This document shows positions 29,984-38,278 of a stretch of DNA of 64,000 nucleotides, in pieces. Where the stretch lies: the NCBI GenBank assembly GCA_050115495.1, contig JASFQK010000035.1, positions 1 through 64,000 of the forward strand, in the 5' to 3' direction. Below the pieces are notes generated by a model. The model was given only the letters and a program-made list of their open reading frames with translations, was not told the DNA's origin and searched no databases. This stretch comes from Phycisphaerae bacterium. GTDB taxonomy: Bacteria > Planctomycetota > Phycisphaerae > UBA1845 > Fen-1342. The position numbers and the translations under genes were made by a program. The stretch's first letter is position 1. Each line of letters begins with the position of its first letter.

Positions 29984-30379
29984 TCAGGCAGGCGGGGCTT
30001 CCGGCTTCGGCGGCACCGCCGCTCCAGCCATCTTGGCCAGCTCAACGAAACGCATACGCAGGTCGTACGCCACCTGGTCGAGCAGGGATTGCTCTTCGGC
30101 GGTCAGGTTGTTCTTGGTCTTCTCCTGGAGCACCCCGAGCAGATCGATGAAGTGCTTGGCGATTTCCAGGTTGGGGGGGATGCGCTCGCCCTGCGGGCCG
30201 GCCATCATGCCCAGGCCGACCATGGCCTGGATGCCGATCAGGTTGACCAGGTCGGCCAGCGAGGCCTCGGGCGGCTTCTCCCGGGCGGCGGCTTCCTGGG
30301 CGGCGAGCTTCTCCTTCTCCCGCCGGGCTTCCTCTTTCCAGTCGTCGTCGGCGATCAGTTTCTTGCCTTCATCGCTCAT
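29984..30379 (-). CDS. DUF1844 family protein
   Basis: DDDWKEEARREKE, AKHFIDLLGVLQEKTKNNLT. Confidence 0.85.
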   Translation of the reverse strand: MSDEGKKLIADDDWKEEARREKEKLAAQEAAAREKPPEASLADLVNLIGIQAMVGLGMMAGPQGERIPPNLEIAKHFIDLLGVLQEKTKNNLTAEEQSLLDQVAYDLRMRFVELAKMAGAAVPPKPEAPPA

Positions 30380-30470
30380 ACCATACCGCCCTTCAGTTTG
30401 GAGCCTGTGAATTCTACGCGGCGGTGCAACCACCGACAACGAACCGTACCGCCCTCCCCGTCCGCGCCGC

Positions 30471-31700
30471 TCAGCTACGAGCGGCTTTGCGCCGCGGCCC
30501 TTTGCCGGAGCCGCCGGCCTCTTCCTCTTCGGGTTCCCACAGTTTGGCCCGCGGCGAGCGCGGCGGGAGCAGCCGCAGAAGCAGCAGGCCCAGCAAACCT
30601 GCCCCCGACAGCGTGATGGCCAGGAACTGCGAGACGGTGAAGCCGAGCGTGTCCACCGGGTTATCGGCCCGCAACAGCTCCAGCGCGTACCGCGTCCAGG
30701 GCTCCACCAGCAAGAACACGCAGATCACCTGCCCGTCACGCGTCCGCCGCCAGTACACAGCGCTGAGCAGGCCCGCGATCAGCAGCAGGGCGATCGTCGA
30801 GTACAACTGCGTGGGGTGCACCGGCAGGGAGTGGTAATGCCCGGCGAGATCCTTCAACTGGCTCAGCGTCATCCCGCTCTGTTGCATCGCCGTCCGGATG
30901 TCGGCATAGCGGGACAGCGCCACGGCGTTCGCGCCGCGCAGCCGCGTGAGCTGCTTGCGCAACCGGTCCCGCTCGGCGTCCGTCGTGGCTCTGGAGATCT
31001 GCTCCGTGAGCGTGGCGATTTCCTTGAGCGGCGCGTCGGCGGCCCGCTGGGCCTCGGCGATGTCTTTCTCGGTGAGCCAGTTCAGTTCGCGTTCGAGCAG
31101 GTAGGCCGGCCGCCCGTCCGGACCGGCACCGGTCGACGGGACAAAGATGAGCTGCTCCGGGATGTCCATGCCGGGATCGCCGGCGTACCACTGCTCGACC
31201 ATCGCACTGCTGCCGAACGGGAACCGCACCGCCCACGGCAGGTCGCACGTGGTTCCCCAGCAGCAGCCGTTGAGGAAGCAGCCAATCCGCCCGAGGCCCA
31301 TGCCGAGGGCGACGGACGGGGCGAGGATATCGAGGTACCAGCGGAGCGAGTGCCGCCAGAGCTTCAGGTAGAGAGCGGCGATCACCGTAGCGCCGATCAC
31401 GCCGCCGTAGACTTCGAGCCCACCTTTGCGGACGTCGAAGATAGCCCAGATCAGGGATGGCAGGTCGGGGTAGTAGCGGAACTGATCCCAGTAATGCACG
31501 ACGTGCATGAAGCGGGCCCCGCCGACGCCGCCGAGCAGGGCGATGAAGGCGCAGTTGAGCACGACGTCAGGGTTGGCCCCGGAGCGGGCCGCCCGCCGCA
31601 CCGCCCACACGACGGACAGCAGGAAGCCCAGCATGAGGACCAGGCCGTAGCCGGGCAACCACCAGTCGAGAACCGGGATACGGAAGATCACGGGCATCAT
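30471..31700 (-). CDS. lgt: Prolipoprotein diacylglyceryl transferase with a large insertion
   Basis: GGLEVYGG, GRIGCFLNGCCWG, VHPTQLY, ELLRAD. Confidence 0.93.
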   Translation of the reverse strand: MMPVIFRIPVLDWWLPGYGLVLMLGFLLSVVWAVRRAARSGANPDVVLNCAFIALLGGVGGARFMHVVHYWDQFRYYPDLPSLIWAIFDVRKGGLEVYGGVIGATVIAALYLKLWRHSLRWYLDILAPSVALGMGLGRIGCFLNGCCWGTTCDLPWAVRFPFGSSAMVEQWYAGDPGMDIPEQLIFVPSTGAGPDGRPAYLLERELNWLTEKDIAEAQRAADAPLKEIATLTEQISRATTDAERDRLRKQLTRLRGANAVALSRYADIRTAMQQSGMTLSQLKDLAGHYHSLPVHPTQLYSTIALLLIAGLLSAVYWRRTRDGQVICVFLLVEPWTRYALELLRADNPVDTLGFTVSQFLAITLSGAGLLGLLLLRLLPPRSPRAKLWEPEEEEAGGSGKGPRRKAARS

Positions 31701-31744
31701 GGCAAGAGAAGGTCCTCGATTGCTGGCCTTGGCCGAATCACGGC

Positions 31745-31775
31745 GGCACTGGTGGGCAAGCCACCAGTGGCACCC
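31745..31775 (+). repeat. Palindromic repeat family C (GGCACTGGTGG-GCAAG-CCACCAGTG-GCACCC)
   Basis: Exact reverse complement at 60410-60440; variants at 40286-40315 and 4537-4560. Confidence 0.88.
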
Positions 31776-31796
31776 GGCTCGCGGGGCAGTGGCATC

Positions 31797-32657
31797 CTAT
31801 GCCGTGGGGGCGGCGGGGTCCACCAGCATGTTGTCGATCAGCCGGGCCGGGCCGATGCGGACGGCCAGGGCGATCAGCACGGGGGCGCCGACCTCCGCGA
31901 CCGGCTGAAGAGACTCGGGGTCCACAATGCTGAGGTAGTCGATGCGGGCCGGGCCGGCGCGTTCGATCGTCTCGCGGAGAACGGCCAGCAGCGCCACGGT
32001 GTCGCGTTCGCCGGCGTGAATCCGTTCTCGGACGTCGCAAAGGCCGCGGTACAGGCACGTGGCCTGTTGCCGCTCGGCGGGTGACAGGTATCGGTTCCGG
32101 CTGCTGAGAGCCAGGCCGCTCTCTTCCCGCACGATCGGGCAGCCGACGATCTCCAGCGGCAGGTCGAGATCGGCGACCATCCGGCGCAGGACAGCCAGTT
32201 GCTGGTAGTCCTTCTGGCCAAAGTAGGCCACGTTCGGCTGAATAATATTGAACAGTTTGATGCAGACGGTGGCGACGCCCGTGAAATGACCCGGGCGAAA
32301 CGGGCCACAGAGCGTATCGGTCAGCCGGACAACGTGCACGGTGGTGACGGCGTCGGGACGGTACATGTCCTCGACGGCGGGGATGAAGACCTGGGCGGCG
32401 CCGGCAGCGGCGCAGCACTCGAGGTCAGCGGCCGTATCTCGCGGGTAGTTCTGATAATCCTCCCCCGGACCAAACTGCGTCGGGTTCACGAAGATACTGA
32501 CGACCGGGTACGTGTCGTCGCGGCGAGCAGCCTCAATCAGGGATACATGGCCGGCGTGCAGCGCGCCCATCGTGGGCGCGAAGCCGATCCGGCGGCCGGC
32601 GTCGCGGGCGGCCCGCACGGCGGCGCGCGTCCGCGGTATGTCCCGCGTCACCTGCAT
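31797..32657 (-). CDS. panC: Pantoate--beta-alanine ligase
   Basis: PTMGALHAGH, SIFVNPTQF, RPGHF, FGQKDYQQ, LALSSRN, RLIDN. Confidence 0.97.
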   Translation of the reverse strand: MQVTRDIPRTRAAVRAARDAGRRIGFAPTMGALHAGHVSLIEAARRDDTYPVVSIFVNPTQFGPGEDYQNYPRDTAADLECCAAAGAAQVFIPAVEDMYRPDAVTTVHVVRLTDTLCGPFRPGHFTGVATVCIKLFNIIQPNVAYFGQKDYQQLAVLRRMVADLDLPLEIVGCPIVREESGLALSSRNRYLSPAERQQATCLYRGLCDVRERIHAGERDTVALLAVLRETIERAGPARIDYLSIVDPESLQPVAEVGAPVLIALAVRIGPARLIDNMLVDPAAPTA

Positions 32658-32761
32658 GCGCGTATTGAACCGAAGGCGAACGCCATTGTCACGCCCGCCA
32701 ATCAACGCCCCAATCGGGTTCCGCTCTTATCGGCCACGCAGTCTGCTCACCGACCGCCTCT

Positions 32762-32788
32762 TCAAGTCGCCCCGGCAGGGCGTCGATG
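32762..32788 (+). promoter_or_regulatory. Putative sigma28/WhiG-like promoter of the kinase-pilus operon
   Basis: TCAAG-N15-GTCGATG; same geometry at 44719, 48667 and 62126. Confidence 0.5.
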
Positions 32789-32830
32789 CGACCTTCGGGA
32801 TTGCCCTTATCGACGGAGACCCGTATCGCT

Positions 32831-34705
32831 ATGTCGATCGCCCGTGAGCAGGTTGAGGCGGCCGCGGCCGGCCAGAGGCTCCGTCGTTGCTTGTGGAACG
32901 GCGTGCTGCCCGAAGCCCTCGGTCTGTGCTTCGTGGCCATCATCTTCGCCGGCTTCACGGCCGCCTACCTGATATCGGACCGGGCGTGGGCCCGGCAGAC
33001 GGTGGCTGGACAGCAGGCGCAGGCACAGACGCTGGCCCAGGCACTGGCGGTGACGCTGGGGTCGTTGGGGGAGGACGAACAACAGCGCGCGGAAGACGCG
33101 ATCAAGCAGTTCACGCGACTGCCGCACGTGCGTTCGGTCTGCTGGATGACGCCGAGCGGCGAGGTGCGGCTGAGCTGGCCGCCCTCCCTGCGACCACTGG
33201 CCACGCTGCCCGAGCCGGAAGACGGCGGGCTGCGCAGCGTCAGCACCATGACGCCGGTGCGTACGCCCAGCGGCGGCCTGGCCGGCACGTTGCGCGTGGA
33301 GATCGGGGCGCCGGCGGTGTTCGGCTATCGGCCGCAACTGCTGTGGACGTGGGGCATCGCGGCAGGCGTGACGCTGCTCGTCTTCGTGGCCGTGTACGAC
33401 CGCCTGCGGCGACACCTGCGGCCCGTGGCGGCGATCGAACGCAATCTGCACAGCTACGCCGCCGGGATCGAACAGGAGCTGACCGCGCTGACGCTCAGCG
33501 ACTCGCTGGGCAACGTGGCCCGCGGATGGAACCAGCTAATCGCCCAGTTGTCGGATCTGCAACGGCAGCAGCAGTTGGCCGCCGCCGGTCCGGGCCGCCA
33601 GGAAGAGGTGCTGTCGCGTTTCGAGAGCGCCGCCTTCCGCAAGGTGGTGGACCGCCTGCCCTTCGGCGTGTTGTGCGTGGCAGCGGACCAGACGGTCGGT
33701 TACGCGAACGAGTCGGCGGCGGGGCTGCTGGCGCGCAAGACCGAGGAGCTGGTCGGCAAGACGCTGGCCGAAGTGATCGAGGACCCGGCGGTCTGCCAAG
33801 CCGTGACCGGGGCGCTGGCCCGCGGCGGAAGCGGACTGGCCGTCGACCAGGTCTCGCAGCAGGGCGGACACGAAGTCAGCCTGCGTTTCCGCGTGCTGCC
33901 GCTGTCGGGACGGACGGGGGCGGGCGGATCTCCGGACGGGGCCCTGGTGGCCGTGGAGGACATCGGCCAGTTGCGCGAGGACCAGCGGGCCCGCGACAAC
34001 TTCCTCTACCACGTCACGCACGAGCTGCGCACGCCGCTGACGAACATCAACGCCTACACCGAGACGCTGACCAAGCCCGGCTTCGACGACGAGCAGACGC
34101 GCAAGGAATGCTACAACGTGATCGTCAGCGAGACGCGGCGGCTGTCGAGCCTGGTGGAGAACATCCTCAGCATCTCGCAGCTCGAGGTGGGCACGGCCCG
34201 CTTGGACGTCGGCGAGGTCGAGCTGGTGCGCCTGCTGCGGCAGATCGTACAGGACAACCTGGGCGCCGCGGACGAAAAGCGCATCGACCTGACGCTGACC
34301 ATGCCGCCGAAGGTGCCCAAGATCCGCGGCGACAAGCAACGGCTCGCCGTGCTGCTCAACAACCTGATCGGCAACGCCGTGAAGTACACGCCCGCCGGCG
34401 GCACGGTGCAGGTCGCGCTGGAATGCACTGAACAGACCGTGCGCATCGGCGTCCGGGATTCGGGAATCGGCATCGCCCCCGAAGACCAGACCCACGTGTT
34501 CGAGAAGTTCTACCGGGCGGCGGACGACCACGTGCAGGAGGTCACCGGTACCGGCCTCGGGCTGGCGATCGCCCACGAGGTGGCCCGGCTGCACGGTGGC
34601 GAGATCCACCTGGAGAGTGAGGTCGGCCAGGGCTCGACCTTCACCGTCGAACTGCCGCGTTCGTCGACGGAATCGGCAACGCAGGGGACGGAGGTATCCA
34701 CGTGA
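32831..34705 (+). CDS. Membrane sensor histidine kinase (2 TM, HAMP-like, PAS, HisKA, HATPase)
   Basis: H-box VTHELRTPL, N-box NLIGNAVKY, DSGIGI, FEKFYR, GTGLGL. Confidence 0.95.
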   Translation: MSIAREQVEAAAAGQRLRRCLWNGVLPEALGLCFVAIIFAGFTAAYLISDRAWARQTVAGQQAQAQTLAQALAVTLGSLGEDEQQRAEDAIKQFTRLPHVRSVCWMTPSGEVRLSWPPSLRPLATLPEPEDGGLRSVSTMTPVRTPSGGLAGTLRVEIGAPAVFGYRPQLLWTWGIAAGVTLLVFVAVYDRLRRHLRPVAAIERNLHSYAAGIEQELTALTLSDSLGNVARGWNQLIAQLSDLQRQQQLAAAGPGRQEEVLSRFESAAFRKVVDRLPFGVLCVAADQTVGYANESAAGLLARKTEELVGKTLAEVIEDPAVCQAVTGALARGGSGLAVDQVSQQGGHEVSLRFRVLPLSGRTGAGGSPDGALVAVEDIGQLREDQRARDNFLYHVTHELRTPLTNINAYTETLTKPGFDDEQTRKECYNVIVSETRRLSSLVENILSISQLEVGTARLDVGEVELVRLLRQIVQDNLGAADEKRIDLTLTMPPKVPKIRGDKQRLAVLLNNLIGNAVKYTPAGGTVQVALECTEQTVRIGVRDSGIGIAPEDQTHVFEKFYRAADDHVQEVTGTGLGLAIAHEVARLHGGEIHLESEVGQGSTFTVELPRSSTESATQGTEVST

Positions 34706-35121
34706 GCAGTCGGATTCTGGTGGCCGAGGACGACCCGCACATCCTACGGCTCATCTGCATGTGGCTGGAGCGGCAGGGTCACGAGGTGATCGAAGCCCGC
34801 AACGGGCTGGCCGCCCGGGAGAAGCTGGAGGCCGAGCCCGTCGACGTGCTCGTGTCCGACGTGAACATGCCCGGCATCGACGGCATCGAGCTGATCGAAG
34901 CCGTGCTGCCCAAAGGACAGGTGCGCCGCGGGGTCGTTGTCCTGACCAACCGCTGGGACCACAGCGATATCCGCGAGCGGCTGGCCGCTCACGGCGTCCA
35001 CGTTCTGCCGAAGCCGTTCAGCCCCAGCCGACTATCGGAACTGGTGGAGTCACTGGCCAGCGGTGAACCGTTCGCCAGTGTGTCGAGTGAATCCGGGGAG
35101 ACTGGCGGGAAAGATGAGTAA
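34702..35121 (+). CDS. Single-domain (CheY-like) response regulator
   Basis: ILVAEDD, VSDVNMPGIDG (phospho-Asp), VVLT, KPFSP; GTGA overlap with the kinase. Confidence 0.92.
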   Translation: MSSRILVAEDDPHILRLICMWLERQGHEVIEARNGLAAREKLEAEPVDVLVSDVNMPGIDGIELIEAVLPKGQVRRGVVVLTNRWDHSDIRERLAAHGVHVLPKPFSPSRLSELVESLASGEPFASVSSESGETGGKDE

Positions 35122-36673
35122 TCGCGATCCGGCAACGTCGACCGGCAACGCGCCTCAGCCCGGCACGGACGAGCGCCTCGTCCACGATCTGGTGGGCGGG
35201 CTCTCCACGCCCAGCGGGGCGCAGGCGGTATCTCTGGGCCTGCTCGGCTGCGCGGTGGCCACAGCGCAGACGCCGCAGCACTGCCGGCACACGTGCCTGG
35301 GGTCGGAGGGGCCGGGAGCCTGCCCGTTTCTCGCCGCGGCGACGCGCGGAGAGCTCGACCTCAGCAGTCTGGACGACGGCCGCTGTGCCCGCGGCTACCA
35401 CGTGGCCGCCCAGCGGACGACCGTCGCCGGCGCGCCGGCCATCCTGGCGACCGTCGCCGGCGCTCTGCCCGACGAATCCGCCGGCGGCAACCCACAGGAT
35501 CTCCTGAAGCGTCTGGAGGTGGCGGGCGCGTGCGTCCAGCGGGTAAGCCAGCTCCTCGAAGAGAACACCGGCTTCGCCGAAGAGGTCCTGCGCAACTACG
35601 AGCAGTTGAATCTCATCTTCGAGGTCACCCAGCAGACGGCGCGGGTCACCGACACGCGAGCGATCAAGCAACTGCTGCTCGAACGCGTCGGCCAGCTCCT
35701 CAGCGCCGAGACCGTCTGGCTGATCGACAGCAACGGCGAATCGCTGGTGCGCCAGTCCCGCGGCCGATCCCGCGGCGGCCCCGACGCGCAGTCGCGCGTG
35801 CCGGTCGCGACCAGCACCGTCGAGCTGGTGCGCCGCACGCAACAGGTCCAGGTAACCACGATCGACGGCCGGCAGGCGATCGTCGGTCCGCTGCCGCACC
35901 TCGACCGACAAGTCGACGTCGTGCTGGCCCTCGCCCCGACGGGTGAGCAGCCCTTCACGTCGGGCGACATGATGCTCTGCGAATCGGTGCTGTCCTTCGG
36001 CGGCCAGATCCTCAGCAATTGCGAATTGCAGGAACGCCTGCGCCGCATGTCGCTCCAGGTGATCCGGGCGCTGGTGGCGGCGATCGACAAGAAGGATCAC
36101 TACACCAGTGGTCACTCCGAGCGGGTCGGCCTGCTGACGCGGCTGACGGCCGAGCAGTACGACCTGTCGCCGGAGGAATTGCAGGGGATGGAGTGGGCCG
36201 GGCTGCTGCACGACATCGGCAAAATCGGCATTCCCGAGGAGATTCTCTGCAAGCCGGGCAAGCTGACGGCGGCGGAGTTCGCGGTCATCAAGCGGCATCC
36301 GCTGATGGGCCACGAGATCCTACAGCCGATCGCCGGGTTCCAGTTGGTGCTGGACGGCGTGCGGCATCACCACGAGCACCCGGACGGCAGCGGCTATCCG
36401 GACGGGCTGACGGGCGACGCGATTCCGCTCGTGGCCCGGATCATCCACGTGGCAGACACGTTCGACGCCCTGACGTCGACGCGGTCGTATCGCCGGGCGT
36501 TCAGCATCGACAAGGCCATCCTGATTATCCGCGAGGAGCAGGGCGGGCGGATCGACAGCGAAGCGGCCGAGGCGTTCTTCCGGGCCTTCGAGGCCTATCG
36601 CATCAGCAACCCGGAGGATTTCGCCGGCAACTTCGGTTGCGAAGAGCGGGAGCTGGAAAGTGTGCAGTCCTGA
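35114..36673 (+). CDS. GAF-like plus HD-GYP cyclic-di-GMP phosphodiesterase
   Basis: YTSGHSERV, LLHDIGKIGIP, HHHEHPDGSGYPDGL, VADTFDALTSTRSYR. Confidence 0.92.
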   Translation: MSNRDPATSTGNAPQPGTDERLVHDLVGGLSTPSGAQAVSLGLLGCAVATAQTPQHCRHTCLGSEGPGACPFLAAATRGELDLSSLDDGRCARGYHVAAQRTTVAGAPAILATVAGALPDESAGGNPQDLLKRLEVAGACVQRVSQLLEENTGFAEEVLRNYEQLNLIFEVTQQTARVTDTRAIKQLLLERVGQLLSAETVWLIDSNGESLVRQSRGRSRGGPDAQSRVPVATSTVELVRRTQQVQVTTIDGRQAIVGPLPHLDRQVDVVLALAPTGEQPFTSGDMMLCESVLSFGGQILSNCELQERLRRMSLQVIRALVAAIDKKDHYTSGHSERVGLLTRLTAEQYDLSPEELQGMEWAGLLHDIGKIGIPEEILCKPGKLTAAEFAVIKRHPLMGHEILQPIAGFQLVLDGVRHHHEHPDGSGYPDGLTGDAIPLVARIIHVADTFDALTSTRSYRRAFSIDKAILIIREEQGGRIDSEAAEAFFRAFEAYRISNPEDFAGNFGCEERELESVQS

Positions 36674-37928
36674 GGCAATCACGATCGCCGGCCGGGGGCT
36701 GGCCGCGGCGTCGCTGGCGACAGCGCCGAGCCTGGCGCTCTCCGAGCTTCTGACCGGCGCCGTCCTTCTGGTCACGGGCGGCGCGCTGGGCGCCGCCCTG
36801 TTCGGCTTCACCCGCCGGCGAGACCCGGTGGCCAGCCAACCGCTGGACAACCTCTCCGCCGGCGCGACGGCCACGCTGCCGCCGCCGCCCCCCTCCGCCG
36901 AGACGGAGGTCGGCCGGCGCATGACCACGGCGTACCTCGCCTGGCTCGCCGGTAACGATGAGCAGGCGGACCTGTGGAGCTCGTTCGACCAGTTGATCCG
37001 CGAGATGCTCACCGAGCACGTGGGGGCCACGCGCGTGCGCTGCTACCACGTGCAGCCCGGAGAGGCGGCGCTGCAGCCGATCTCCGGCACATCGGCGGAG
37101 ACGCCCAGCGCCCGGGAGGGCGTGCTGGGCTACGTGGCCACGACCGGCCGCGAGTACGTCGCCGGCGACGACAGCCACGGCCCGCTGGTGGACGACCTGG
37201 CCGCCCAGGGCGGCGAGGATTGGGCCTGGGTGTGGCCGATCACCGAACACGGCGTCACCGTCGGCGTGGTGGCCACGGGCCGGCTGCCCGCGGAGCGACC
37301 GCTCTCGGACGAGCGGCGACAAGCCGTGGGCGCGTTTCTGACGCTCATGTGGCAGCACATCGCCAGCCACGAACGGCTGCGCGTCGTGCAGCGCACGGAC
37401 AAGGCGACGGGCGTGCTGACGCGCAACGACTTCTTCACGCTCGCCGGGCATGCCCTGGCCGATTCGTACCGCGAAAACGAGCCCGTCGTCATGATGGTCC
37501 TCGTCCTCGAAGGGCTCCGCGGACTCGACGACGCCGGCTGCTGGCAGGCCCGGGATACGCTCATCCGCCAACTCGGCGAGCTTATCGCTCGCCGCACGCG
37601 CAGCGACGACCTCGTCGGCCGCTTCGCCGACGACCGTTTCGTCGTGCTGCTGCGCCGCCTCGACAGCGGTCTGGGGCGGCTCATTGCTGAGAAGACGCTG
37701 GCCAGCGCCCGAACGTGCCTGGCTCAGCTCGAAGGGGTGGCCGGTCGCGTGCAGTTCCGCATCGGCCTGGTGGGCAGCGGGTTTACCCGACTGCCGCTCG
37801 ATGGACTGCTGGTCGCCGCGTTCGGCGCGGTCGACCAGGCTCGCAAAGGGGGCGCAGCCATATGGACCGATCTCGAGGAGAAACGCGCCACGCCGGAACG
37901 TGGGCCGAGACCGACGGGGAGTACGTAG
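36660..37928 (+). CDS. TM + GAF-like + degenerate GGDEF protein with intact I-site
   Basis: TDKATGVLTR, RSDD-LVG-RF-ADDRF: RxxD retained, GGDEF replaced by ADDRF. Confidence 0.8.
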   Translation: MCSPEAITIAGRGLAAASLATAPSLALSELLTGAVLLVTGGALGAALFGFTRRRDPVASQPLDNLSAGATATLPPPPPSAETEVGRRMTTAYLAWLAGNDEQADLWSSFDQLIREMLTEHVGATRVRCYHVQPGEAALQPISGTSAETPSAREGVLGYVATTGREYVAGDDSHGPLVDDLAAQGGEDWAWVWPITEHGVTVGVVATGRLPAERPLSDERRQAVGAFLTLMWQHIASHERLRVVQRTDKATGVLTRNDFFTLAGHALADSYRENEPVVMMVLVLEGLRGLDDAGCWQARDTLIRQLGELIARRTRSDDLVGRFADDRFVVLLRRLDSGLGRLIAEKTLASARTCLAQLEGVAGRVQFRIGLVGSGFTRLPLDGLLVAAFGAVDQARKGGAAIWTDLEEKRATPERGPRPTGST

Positions 37929-37939
37929 GACCGAGGCAC

Positions 37940-38278
37940 GTGAAAGTACAAACGCAGCCCGAGGGCCAGGTGACCGTGGTCAACCCGCACGGCCCATTAG
38001 TAGTGGATGATCTGGCTGACCTGCGGCGGGCGCTGGAGACGACGCCCGGCGGACCGGCCCGGCGGGTGGTCATCGATATGGCCGACGTGCCGTACGTGGA
38101 CAGCGGCGGCATCGAGATGCTGCTCGAGATGTGTGGGGCGCACCTGCCGCCCCACCAGCGGCCCAAGCTGGCCGCCCTGACCGAAACGTGCCGGGAAGCA
38201 CTCGACCTGACCGACGTGCTGCCCCGGCTGGACGTGTTCGACACCGTGGAAAACGCCTTGCGAAGCTGCCAGCGATGA
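37940..38278 (+). CDS. STAS-domain anti-sigma-factor antagonist
   Basis: VVIDMADVPYVDSGGIEML (phosphorylatable Ser), VFDTVENAL. Confidence 0.88.
   Translation: MKVQTQPEGQVTVVNPHGPLVVDDLADLRRALETTPGGPARRVVIDMADVPYVDSGGIEMLLEMCGAHLPPHQRPKLAALTETCREALDLTDVLPRLDVFDTVENALRSCQR

Noticed and set aside
36660..37928. Calling this gene an active diguanylate cyclase or a pseudogene
   Set aside because: The signature is ADDRF, so it is probably not catalytic, but the ORF is intact and coupled to its neighbours; a receptor role fits better.
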